A DNA stretch of 64,000 nt from Pelomyxa schiedti (taxonomy: Eukaryota; Protista; Evosea), in assembly GCA_020536535.1 (NCBI GenBank), contig JAHLWZ010000113.1, positions 66,548 through 130,547 of the forward strand. The letters are read 5' to 3'. The position numbers and the translations under genes are program-made. Positions within the stretch are counted from its first letter, which is position 1, and each line of letters starts with the position of its first letter. Below the pieces are notes generated by a model. It did not search any database and was not told where the DNA came from. It saw only the letters and a program-made list of their open reading frames with translations. Shown piece after piece: positions 1 to 8,447 of the stretch.

Positions 1-1369
1 GCCCATAAGGAGTGGAGTAGCCACTCTGTGGCTGACTAGTGTATGCTTCCTGAGGAGGCATCGAAGGTGTTTGTGGGTAGGAGTACTGGGGGTAGTTCAT
101 AGGGGGAGGAGATTGGTATGGGGAATTGTATCCCGGAGGATTGAAGGTTTGTTGTTGGTACAGTTGTGACAGTTGTGACTGAGGAGGGCCATAGGGATTG
201 GGTTGCTGAGTTGGGGCAAAATTGGGAGGAGGAACATTGGAGCTATAAGCTGGAGTTGGATTGGGATTATTGTAAACAGGGCCAGTGGGTGTATAATTAG
301 TGGCATAAGGATATCGAGGAGGCTGCGTCGAACCACCAGTGTAATTATTCTGTGGGTAAGTTCCAGGAGGAGCCTGGTGCTGAATAGAAAAGTCCTGCTG
401 CACTCCGGAATATGGGGGATTCCCTCCACTTGGAGGATAAGGGTAAGACTGTGGCATGTTTTGGGAAGGTGGAGCTCCTCCCATGACTGTTGATGATTGT
501 GGGTGTGGTTGCTGTTGTAATTGAGGTTGATTTGGAGCTGCCGGGTAGCTACCAAAGCCGGTCATGGAGGCCTGAGGCCGGTTCTGAGCAGCGGCGTTTG
601 AAGTTGGAGGAATGTTAGAGAATCCTCCACCTGGAATAGGAATTGAACTAGTAGTGTTGGTGGAGTTGGTGTTGATTAAGTTAGAGTAAGTTCCGACTGT
701 GCCGCCAGTGGGATTCGATCCTCCGACCAACTGATGCTGCTGCTGTTGGTCGGAGGAACCAGAACCGGAACCATTAACATTCACATTCACTGTGGATCGC
801 ATTCCGGCTCCCGAAACCGAATTCGCAACCGAACTCGAACTCGTCGTTATCGCACTCGAACTCGAATTCGGATTGGCACTAGATTGTTGTTGTTGATACG
901 CCTGTTGTTGGTAGTTGTTGTTCTGGGCCAGGCTCGATGTAGCATTTGACGTCATAGTATTGGCATTTGCGCTCGTAGCCCCGGTTGTAGTCGATGACGG
1001 CGGATTGGATGAGACGGCTGCGTAGGGGTTCGAACCTCCTACCTGCTGCTGCTGCGACTGTGACACCCCCTGCGGCTGGTGCGTGATCGGCCCCGACTGC
1101 GACACTAGCGAGGCGGAGGAAAAATACGAGGGAGGGGCGGATGGAGGGAGTTGTTGTTGCATCGAGGGGGGCATGGGGAAGCGAGGGAGGGAGGGGACGG
1201 GCATGGGCTGGGGGCGCTGGGCGGGGGCGGCGGACATCGGGAGGGGCATACCGATGGGCATAGGCATGGGGACCGGCATCGGCGGGGGCGGCGGCGGGCG
1301 GAACGACGGGGGCGGCGCCGGCATAGCAGCCGTCGACGTCGGTGGCGCCATGGACGAGGGTGTGTACAT
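1..1369 (-). CDS. Pro/Gln/Tyr/Ser-rich low-complexity protein N-terminus (runs off the window)
   Basis: ATG at 1369 opens an uninterrupted frame (MYTPSSMAPPTSTAAMPAPPPSFRPPPPPP...YPQYSYPQTPSMPPQEAYTSQPQSGYSTPYG) to the window edge. The ORF track misses it because no stop occurs inside the window. The 5' end is GC-rich. Confidence 0.75.
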   Translation of the reverse strand, partial: MYTPSSMAPPTSTAAMPAPPPSFRPPPPPPMPVPMPMPIGMPLPMSAAPAQRPQPMPVPSLPRFPMPPSMQQQLPPSAPPSYFSSASLVSQSGPITHQPQGVSQSQQQQVGGSNPYAAVSSNPPSSTTTGATSANANTMTSNATSSLAQNNNYQQQAYQQQQSSANPNSSSSAITTSSSSVANSVSGAGMRSTVNVNVNGSGSGSSDQQQQHQLVGGSNPTGGTVGTYSNLINTNSTNTTSSIPIPGGGFSNIPPTSNAAAQNRPQASMTGFGSYPAAPNQPQLQQQPHPQSSTVMGGAPPSQNMPQSYPYPPSGGNPPYSGVQQDFSIQHQAPPGTYPQNNYTGGSTQPPRYPYATNYTPTGPVYNNPNPTPAYSSNVPPPNFAPTQQPNPYGPPQSQLSQLYQQQTFNPPGYNSPYQSPPPMNYPQYSYPQTPSMPPQEAYTSQPQSGYSTPYG

Positions 1370-1521
1370 GCCAAGCTGTTGGTTTTGGTTGGGGAACCTA
1401 CTCGGTGTCACCGTAGGCTGCATCACCACCAAGAAATAAAATTTTCTTATTGGTTTGGAAATCAAAAAAAAACATCAAAATTCTCGGTGTTTGTTGTTGT
1501 TGCACTTTGCACGTTTAGTTT

Positions 1522-3645
1522 TTAAGGCAGAAGGCTTTGTATTCTTTTCAGGAATTCTACCATTGTGGCACCGAAGAAGGGAACATCAGAGAGAGCGGCG
1601 TTTGTGAACACCAGGCCGAGAAACTCACTCGTTGTTATGCATTCACCCGTTGTGTTGTTGCTTGCACTTGTGGTTGTTGTTGTGCTTGTGTTCGTGGTTT
1701 GTGCTGCTTCAGAAACAAGCGAAATGTGGGGCACATTTCGCTCATGGATTGGCAACAGAATTGAACACACTGTCTCATTATTGGAATACAGATCAATAGC
1801 TTCCTGCACACTCTGGTGGGTTGCCACTGGAACCAGGAATGATGCACACCGATCAACAGGTAGGAAAATGAGGGCGCCGCACACGAGCATAGCCTTCCCT
1901 GCACTGGGTCTTATGTGAGGATCCCTCTCCAAGAGGTACCCCACCAGGGGGCTCAGGATGTGGTGTCTGTGATTTGGGGGAACTTGATGTTGCCCAAGGC
2001 TTAGGTTGAGAATGAGGTTAGTGTCGAGGTTGTTGTTGTGGTCGAACGGGTGCATGCCTGTGATGAGCTCATATACAACACAACCAGCTGCCCACACATC
2101 ATTCTTTTCCAAGCACAGTGTGGATGGTGACTGTGGAGGTTGTATGACTTCTGGGGAGCGGTTTTTTGGGCAACCGTCAAGGGATTGTGATTGGCCTTGT
2201 GGAATGCAGCCCAATGAATCACACTCTCTCACAGTGCCAAAGTCACACAGCACCCAGAGGTTACCATGGATCCTTGACCTAGAAACTGCCAGTATGTTGC
2301 TCAGCTTGATGTCACCATGGTAGCAGTTGTTGCCATTGAGGTGTGTGCAGGCACACATTAGACAAAATGTAAGCTCAATTGCCTGTTGTGACAGCGAAAA
2401 TCTGGAGATCTGGCCTGTCAGAAACATCTCGGCATTGCCCAAACCGAGCTCCTGCACGATATATGTAGTGCGGGAGAAAACAGGTGTTGGATTGGGGTCC
2501 TTGCATCCTTCCACAAAGTTGCCGCTGTCATCCACAATGCAATAGTTTTGCCGAATATCTGCTGGTATTAGATCTAAGAGCGATTTTGAGTGGAAGAAGC
2601 TGTAAATGTTGCACAGGCTCCAGTGTGGGAAGTTTTTGACGAATATGTACTCTGCGGAAAACCACTTATTAAGGCTCTCAGTACTGTTGCCTGCCGAGTA
2701 GTTGTACATCATTTTGAGTGCCACTTGGCTGTTAAAATGGTCCTGAACTGGAACCTTGTTCACACACCCATTACTCCCCTTTCCAAGGCACACTGCTCTG
2801 CTGATATCAAGGTCATTCATCCCAATTGTTCCAAGGTTTCCCTTGTCAAATCGGGAGAATGCATGAGAATGAAGAACAGGTTCTGGTTGGGCTGGGTTCT
2901 CTGTTGCCCAGTGGTCACTCCTTTCGTTGTAGTTTTTGCTTTCCTCTTTTGCTTCCATGTCACTTGCTCTGAGAAACCTTTCTAGGTTGTTGTCTTGGCG
3001 CAGCTTAGGAAATGCCCCAGCTAAGGAATCAAGGGAGCCCCTGGCTATAGAAATGGAACCGTGGGGAATTGCAACAGCAGGAGCGTGCTGAATAAAATTC
3101 CTGAAGTCTGCAGAACCGGCAAAAGCACGGTGGTCACAATTGGGTGAATCCCACGATTGAAAAAAAGGAAAGTAGTAAAAATAGGATGTGGGTGGGAGGC
3201 CTTCTTGCAGATTATTTTGGATCGCACTTTTGTTATCTCTGCTGGCACTCATCACTGCTGCTGAAGCTTTGTTTATCACAATGCTGTAATTGGATCCAAT
3301 GGCAGGAACAGCCTGGTGCAAAAGAGACATCATGGCGACGTCACCAGGCTGCACACGCACCGACATCAGATTTACAACAAAAACTACTCGGAAAATTCCT
3401 CCTTGGTTGAGTGCCTCCAGTACCGCCTGCTGTTGCTGCCTCTCAACACCAAGAGCTGGAGTGTCAATGTACATTTTGCCATCCACATCAGTATACCGCT
3501 CACACGTTGTCCATCCAGTGCTGATCCAACTACCGAGGCGGAAAGGCGATCCCAGCGGGCCTTGAACAACGGCGCTCAGCAAAGCGCTCTTGCCCACTCC
3601 CAAAGGACCCATGAAGATCGTGGTAATGGCAGGGGGATCCGACAT
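1522..3645 (-). CDS. AIG1/MMR_HSR1-like P-loop GTPase fused to a PINK1-like Ser/Thr kinase (intronless)
   Basis: GTPase motifs: G1 GPLGVGKS, G3 DTPA, G4 NKAS. Kinase motifs: LGKGSNGCV, VALKMMYNYSAG, HGDIKLSNIL, DFG, SPE, DVWAAG, RPSA. Likely ATG at 3645 (MSDPP). Confidence 0.85.
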   Translation of the reverse strand: MSDPPAITTIFMGPLGVGKSALLSAVVQGPLGSPFRLGSWISTGWTTCERYTDVDGKMYIDTPALGVERQQQQAVLEALNQGGIFRVVFVVNLMSVRVQPGDVAMMSLLHQAVPAIGSNYSIVINKASAAVMSASRDNKSAIQNNLQEGLPPTSYFYYFPFFQSWDSPNCDHRAFAGSADFRNFIQHAPAVAIPHGSISIARGSLDSLAGAFPKLRQDNNLERFLRASDMEAKEESKNYNERSDHWATENPAQPEPVLHSHAFSRFDKGNLGTIGMNDLDISRAVCLGKGSNGCVNKVPVQDHFNSQVALKMMYNYSAGNSTESLNKWFSAEYIFVKNFPHWSLCNIYSFFHSKSLLDLIPADIRQNYCIVDDSGNFVEGCKDPNPTPVFSRTTYIVQELGLGNAEMFLTGQISRFSLSQQAIELTFCLMCACTHLNGNNCYHGDIKLSNILAVSRSRIHGNLWVLCDFGTVRECDSLGCIPQGQSQSLDGCPKNRSPEVIQPPQSPSTLCLEKNDVWAAGCVVYELITGMHPFDHNNNLDTNLILNLSLGQHQVPPNHRHHILSPLVGYLLERDPHIRPSAGKAMLVCGALIFLPVDRCASFLVPVATHQSVQEAIDLYSNNETVCSILLPIHERNVPHISLVSEAAQTTNTSTTTTTSASNNTTGECITTSEFLGLVFTNAALSDVPFFGATMVEFLKRIQSLLP

Positions 3646-4220
3646 ATTCGGTGATGAAAGGGAATTTCGGCCCTTGTGCAAACGGGTTGATTTTCACGCA
3701 CTGCGTTAGACAGGATTGTATTCCACCTCACCTGACACAACAAGGGAAAGGACCGGCACGTCACTGCCCACAGTCCAGCTGTCCTGGCGTCTTGGATGCA
3801 CAATAAGGGAAAAAAAACACTGTCCTTCTGCTAACAGCTGGAGTCAGTTCGGGTCCTGCACTGATGCTGGGAGGCACTATTCCTACATATCTTCGTGGGT
3901 CTCATGGTAGTTGGTAAGGGTCAGGTCCTCTCTGTTGGTTACCCTCTCTGACCTGTGGATCAAATCGGCTATAGTTCTATCAGTCGCCGTGACATCACCA
4001 CACACTGTTTAGAACTATCCTAAAGGATTAGAAGTTATAGAAACTCGAGAACGATCTTTGTTCGCTTTACCGACTTCTCTTTTGACATCTATAACGGTTT
4101 GTCTTACAGTATGCTACTGTCTAATCGTATGGCTATGGTCCAATCTTCTTTATACGGAGCCTCGTTGGAATTTGACTCGAAAGAAAAACAAGAAGTGAGG
4201 GGGTCCGGAAAAAAATCGTT

Positions 4221-4499
4221 TCACAGGCAAAGGGACATCATGGAATCGTAAGGCTGTACACGCGATGACCTCAGCGTGACAGCAAATACTACTTGGAAAA
4301 TTCCTCCTTGGTGGAGTTGTGGTCTATCAGCACCAAAAGCGGGTGTGTCATGGAATGCCGCGTTGCTGCCCACATCAGTATACTGCTCACACGTTGTCAA
4401 TCCAGGGAATCCGGTCCCGCTCGGGAAAGGTGCAGGCGACCCGGAGGGAGTCGCAAAATTGTGTACAGCAAAGCACTCTTGCCAGCTTGTGAATGACAA
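4221..4499 (-). pseudogene. Decayed fragment of the same GTPase family
   Basis: FPSGTGFPGLTTCEQYTDV...DTPAFG...QGGIFQVVFAVTLRSSRVQPYD aligns with the paralogues on either side, but it has no P-loop and is truncated. Confidence 0.7.
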
Positions 4500-4573
4500 T
4501 AAAAATCGTTTTAAGGAAGGAACCGCTTGGACTCGACATCGTCGATACTATCACATGCAAAAGGATTAAATTT

Positions 4574-5848
4574 TTACGATTTTTTTCCCCGAAATGGGGA
4601 AGAAAAAAGAGCCTGGTCCTGACCATAGACATACATGACATCTCCTGGGTGAACTGTTCTTTCCTGTCTGGGAGTGGTACCTTGCCAGCTGTATGTCAGC
4701 ATCTCAGGCCCATTGCGTGCCCATTCATGGGTTCCTCCCTTTGGAATGTTAAAGCAGCTGTCTTCCCCTGTGGAATCACTGGTTTTTGTGAGGTGGCAGG
4801 ATACCATATTGGCTCCGCGATTCACGACAATTACATGGTGTGACTTATTCAATTCATGTGCGGTCCTTCGGGTTATGTTTTAAAAGACCGCAACTGATGT
4901 GGTGACTGCACACCTAAGGGTTTCCGTTCTTTGGTTGCTGTTTTTGGTCTCTTCCTCAAATTCTTGTTTCACCTCATCGGCTCTTCGGCTGTGAAGAATG
5001 AGACTAATATTTAATGAAAATGAAGCATGCCTGTGTTTACTGTCCCCCGTGGCGCAGAACAGTGCCAGTTGCAAGTCATATTCTTTTTTTAGAGCTGCGG
5101 CTCTTTCTCTTTGTATTTTTGCCACCAGTTCCTGAAGCAACTGTTCCATAATTGACTGATTCATCCGCTCAGTCCATAACGTACTTTCAAGTGCATCAAC
5201 AAGTGACTCTCGCCCATCTGGGAGGAAGGAAGAAATGGAACCGTGGGGAATTGCAACAGCAGGAGCGTGCTGAATAAAATTCCTGAAGTCTGCAGAACCG
5301 GCAAAAGCACGGTGGTCACAATTGGGTGAATCCCACGATTGAACAAAAGGAAAGTAGTAAAAATAAGATGTGGGTGGGAGGCCTTCTTGCAGCTTATTTT
5401 GGATCGCACTTTTGTTATCTCTGCTGGCACTCATCACTGCTGGTGAAGCTTTGTTTATCACAATGCTGTAATTGGATCCAATGGCAGGAACAGCCTGGTG
5501 CAAAAGAGACATCATGGCGATGTCACCAGGCTGCACACGCGCCGACATCAGCGTGACAACAAAAACTACTCGGAAAATTCCTCCTTGGTTGAGTGCCTCC
5601 AGTACCGCCTGCTGTTGCTGCCTCTCAACACCAAGAGCAGGCGCGTCAATGTACATGTTGCCATCCACATCAGTATACCGCTCACACGTTGTTGTCAATT
5701 CGGTGCCGGTCGATTTACCAGGGCGGAAGGGAGTACCCGTAGGGACTGGGAAAATTGTGGCCAGCAAAGCACTCGTTCCCACCCCCGAGGGTCCCATGAA
5801 GATCGTGGTAATGGGAGGGTCCGAGCCAAGCAGCGGGGGGTCCGACAT
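4574..5848 (-). CDS. GTPase paralogue (degenerate P-loop) + coiled coil + small C-terminal beta-rich domain; 3 exons
   Basis: ATG at 5848, with GPSGVGTS and DAPA motifs. Predicted GT-AG introns at ~4989-5060 and ~4866-4913 join ...QLALRRADEVKQEFEEETKNSNQRTETLR to TAHELNKSHHVIVVNRGANMVSCHLTKTSDSTGEDSCFNIPKGGTHEWARNGPE... (ORF 4574-4852). Confidence 0.75.
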
Positions 5849-5962
5849 CAACGCCCCTGTGTCTTCCACTCAATTTTTTTTTTTTTTGCTCCATCACATA
5901 CACCAAGTGAACGAAACTCGTCAAAAAAAAGTTGGTTTTCCGTCTCTGAAGGAGGGGATGTT

Positions 5963-6769
5963 CTAAGGGATGGATGTAGGGTGCACAGCAGTTGTCGACG
6001 GTGCGCAAGTGGTTGTGACGTTGCTGGAGCTCCTTGCTTCTACTACTTCTTCTTGCAATTCAAGCATCTGGTCTACAGCAGTGTTGGCTGTGGGTCCAAC
6101 TATTTCCCAGACCACAGGCACTGGATCCACAATCAAGGAACTTGGAGGGAGATCCACAACCGGAGCTCGCTTGGTGAACTCTTTGAAGTCGCTGGGAAGC
6201 AAATTGAACGCATCTACATTATCCACATCCTCCCAGGCCTCAATGAATGGTAAGAAATAAACACTTGATGTTGGAGGTAAACTCTGTGGCAGCTGTGCTA
6301 TTAATGACTCCTTTCCTCCTGGGGTGTTGTCAAATAGGCCATGAGGGGTCCTGTTAACGATGATAGAGTAATTCCCTTTGATCATTGGAACAGCCTTGAG
6401 CACAGAGCTAAGTATAGCTTTGTCTTCCATTCGGATGTGGCCTGCTTCAAGAACTACAACAAAGATCAGCTTGGATATTCCTGAAATCATATGACTGATT
6501 ATGTCATCCATGTTTGGCTCATAGAATCCCGGTGTATCAACAAACCAGAACCCTTCATTATCCAACTTTTGCTGGCAGGTAGTAGTCAGACCAGTGCCAA
6601 ACGAAAGGCCCGAGGGAAACGGTAAAGGACAACCAGGTCCCCGTGAGAAAATTGAATTCAGCAAAGTGCTCTTACCAACACCAGGGCTCCCCATCATAAT
6701 GGTGGTGTGCCACTGTGTACCGTTGCATTGGGGTCTGTTGTTCACAATCTGTGTTTTGTTTGTTATCAC
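5963..6769 (-). CDS. AIG1/MMR_HSR1-like GTPase paralogue with canonical motifs
   Basis: GSPGVGKST (G1), FPSGLSFGTGLTT (G2 region), DTPG (G3), NRTP (G4 position). The start is uncertain and may be spliced from upstream. Confidence 0.8.
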   Translation of the reverse strand: MITNKTQIVNNRPQCNGTQWHTTIMMGSPGVGKSTLLNSIFSRGPGCPLPFPSGLSFGTGLTTTCQQKLDNEGFWFVDTPGFYEPNMDDIISHMISGISKLIFVVVLEAGHIRMEDKAILSSVLKAVPMIKGNYSIIVNRTPHGLFDNTPGGKESLIAQLPQSLPPTSSVYFLPFIEAWEDVDNVDAFNLLPSDFKEFTKRAPVVDLPPSSLIVDPVPVVWEIVGPTANTAVDQMLELQEEVVEARSSSNVTTTCAPSTTAVHPTSIP

Positions 6770-7478
6770 AAGTTATCCAAAGTGATAGATAGTTCAGGGA
6801 ATGAACCTCTGATTCCAGCCTAAAAAGGCCTCTGTCGGGGTGTGACATGATCTGGGACTTGTAAGGTGCAATGACAGGTTTAAATGGGTCATCCATGGGT
6901 GTCCCCCAATTCAAGGCGTCTGCAAGACTCTCCGAGAAGCCCCATGGGTCGAAGAAGGGCAGATTATGTGCCTTCAGCATAGAAGCAGCTGGAGCATTCC
7001 CAGGGAGGAGACTGGAAATCGGGGAAGAAATGTAGTCATGCAGCTGTAGCACCTTAACTCGTGTCCTATGCTCCACAGAGTCACGGAGTGAGGCTAGATC
7101 AGAGAAAAAAAAGGACTTTCCTGAGCCAGATCTTCCAATCTTGTGGTGGGAGTAAATGGATGAGCTATCATATTTGTCACCAAAGGAACATACAGGAATG
7201 TCGAAATCTGGCTGGGCTAGATTTGGCGACCTCATTCTTTCTGCTCCAAACCACGCTCTAATTGCAACCTCTTTTGATGATGTACCATGTGTGGACTTGA
7301 AAACAGTCCAATTTCTTAATGGAGGCAAAAGACAAGCTGGCATCCATATTGTTAAGTTCAAATAAAAGAACTTGGAAGAGTGATGCACACATTCTGTTTG
7401 GTTGTCGAGTTTCTGTTGTACTTCATGTCGTTCTTGTTCACCTCGATTCATCCACCCGGTCGGTGAAGCAACATGCAC
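6672..7478 (-). CDS. Divergent P-loop NTPase-like segment, possibly degenerate
   Basis: GRSGSGKS Walker A and DPWG at a G3-like position, preceded by a short charged helical segment. Exon structure is unresolved. Confidence 0.4.
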   Translation of the reverse strand: MHVASPTGWMNRGEQERHEVQQKLDNQTECVHHSSKFFYLNLTIWMPACLLPPLRNWTVFKSTHGTSSKEVAIRAWFGAERMRSPNLAQPDFDIPVCSFGDKYDSSSIYSHHKIGRSGSGKSFFFSDLASLRDSVEHRTRVKVLQLHDYISSPISSLLPGNAPAASMLKAHNLPFFDPWGFSESLADALNWGTPMDDPFKPVIAPYKSQIMSHPDRGLFRLESEVHSLNYLSLWITCDNKQNTDCEQQTPMQRYTVAHHHYDGEPWCW

Positions 7479-7499
7479 CTAATTCTGGATTAGGAAACA

Positions 7500-8246
7500 T
7501 TAAGAAGTTCGCAAATTATGCCTTCTCCTCTGGAAGGTTATTTTCCTTCTGCTCTGTAAGCTTAGCTTGGTTCTTTCCCAGTGTAGGAACCACTTTTTCC
7601 ACACAATAATTATTTGCCGCAAGTGCTTCTTCAACCTTTTTCTCAGAAACTTCGGGAGGATACCTGCCAGTATGTAAGCAGAAGTAATGGGTATGAAATA
7701 GACGAACGACGCCACTGCCGTCAAGAAAGCTGACGGTTGCAGCAATTTCTGAGTCGATTGACTCAATCGGTTGGCCGTGGTCGAGCCACCATCAAACGAT
7801 TTCGCATCACGTGCGAAATCACCCCACCCATGGAACATATCGTCCTTCCACTCCCCAACGTAGCTCCCTCCATCCCTGTACAGCATTCTCCCATTCCCAT
7901 TCTTCTTGCCGTGGTCGAACATGCGACGGTAGATGTCGCTCCAGCCATCAGGTGACCTCCATGTGCCACGCCCATGCCACTTGTCCCCGTCCAACTCACC
8001 CTCATACACTGCCACACGTTCCCCGCCCATTTGCCTCCTTTGGACGCCCCACCCATCCTGTGGTGTTTGATTCCACTCGCCATCCTTGACTTCACCCTTC
8101 TTGTAGTACCACGTTGGCTTCGTCAAACTGCCCAGTCCACTCCACCGACCCTCGTACCACATGTTGACACCTGGACCGTGCTTATTTGCGTCACCCCACT
8201 CGCCGTCGTAGGTGTCGCTTTGAAACTTGCAGCCAACAACCTTCAT
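7500..8246 (-). CDS. MORN repeat protein (degenerate, or 5' part of a spliced gene)
   Basis: Repeats YDGEWGDANKHGPG, YEGELDGDKWHGRG and YVGEWKDDMFHGWG. Confidence 0.7.
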   Translation of the reverse strand: MKVVGCKFQSDTYDGEWGDANKHGPGVNMWYEGRWSGLGSLTKPTWYYKKGEVKDGEWNQTPQDGWGVQRRQMGGERVAVYEGELDGDKWHGRGTWRSPDGWSDIYRRMFDHGKKNGNGRMLYRDGGSYVGEWKDDMFHGWGDFARDAKSFDGGSTTANRLSQSTQKLLQPSAFLTAVASFVYFIPITSAYILAGILPKFLRKRLKKHLRQIIIVWKKWFLHWERTKLSLQSRRKITFQRRRHNLRTS

Positions 8247-8447
8247 CGTGGGTTTTGACAATGCACTAGCTGGCTCGTAATGTTGTGATTATGCGAAGGT
8301 GAACAAAAAAATCCGATTCTGAGTACCTAAATATAGTTGCAGACAACTCGAAAAACCCAACTTAGACACCAAGTTTAATGTTGGCAGCTGTGGCAAGGGT
8401 TCAATGCACACTCCCCCATCTGTTATTCATTGAGAAAGGGGAAAACA

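Noticed and set aside
1083-1525. Gly/Arg-rich plus-strand ORFs, and similar ones at 14115, 30010, 35106, 42029 and 62534
   Set aside because: They are shadow ORFs of GC-rich first exons of real genes.
3915-4020. Short inverted repeats (ggtcag/ctgacc; atagttcta/tagaactat) as a possible ncRNA or tRNA
   Set aside because: The stems are too short, with no cloverleaf or recognisable RNA motif.
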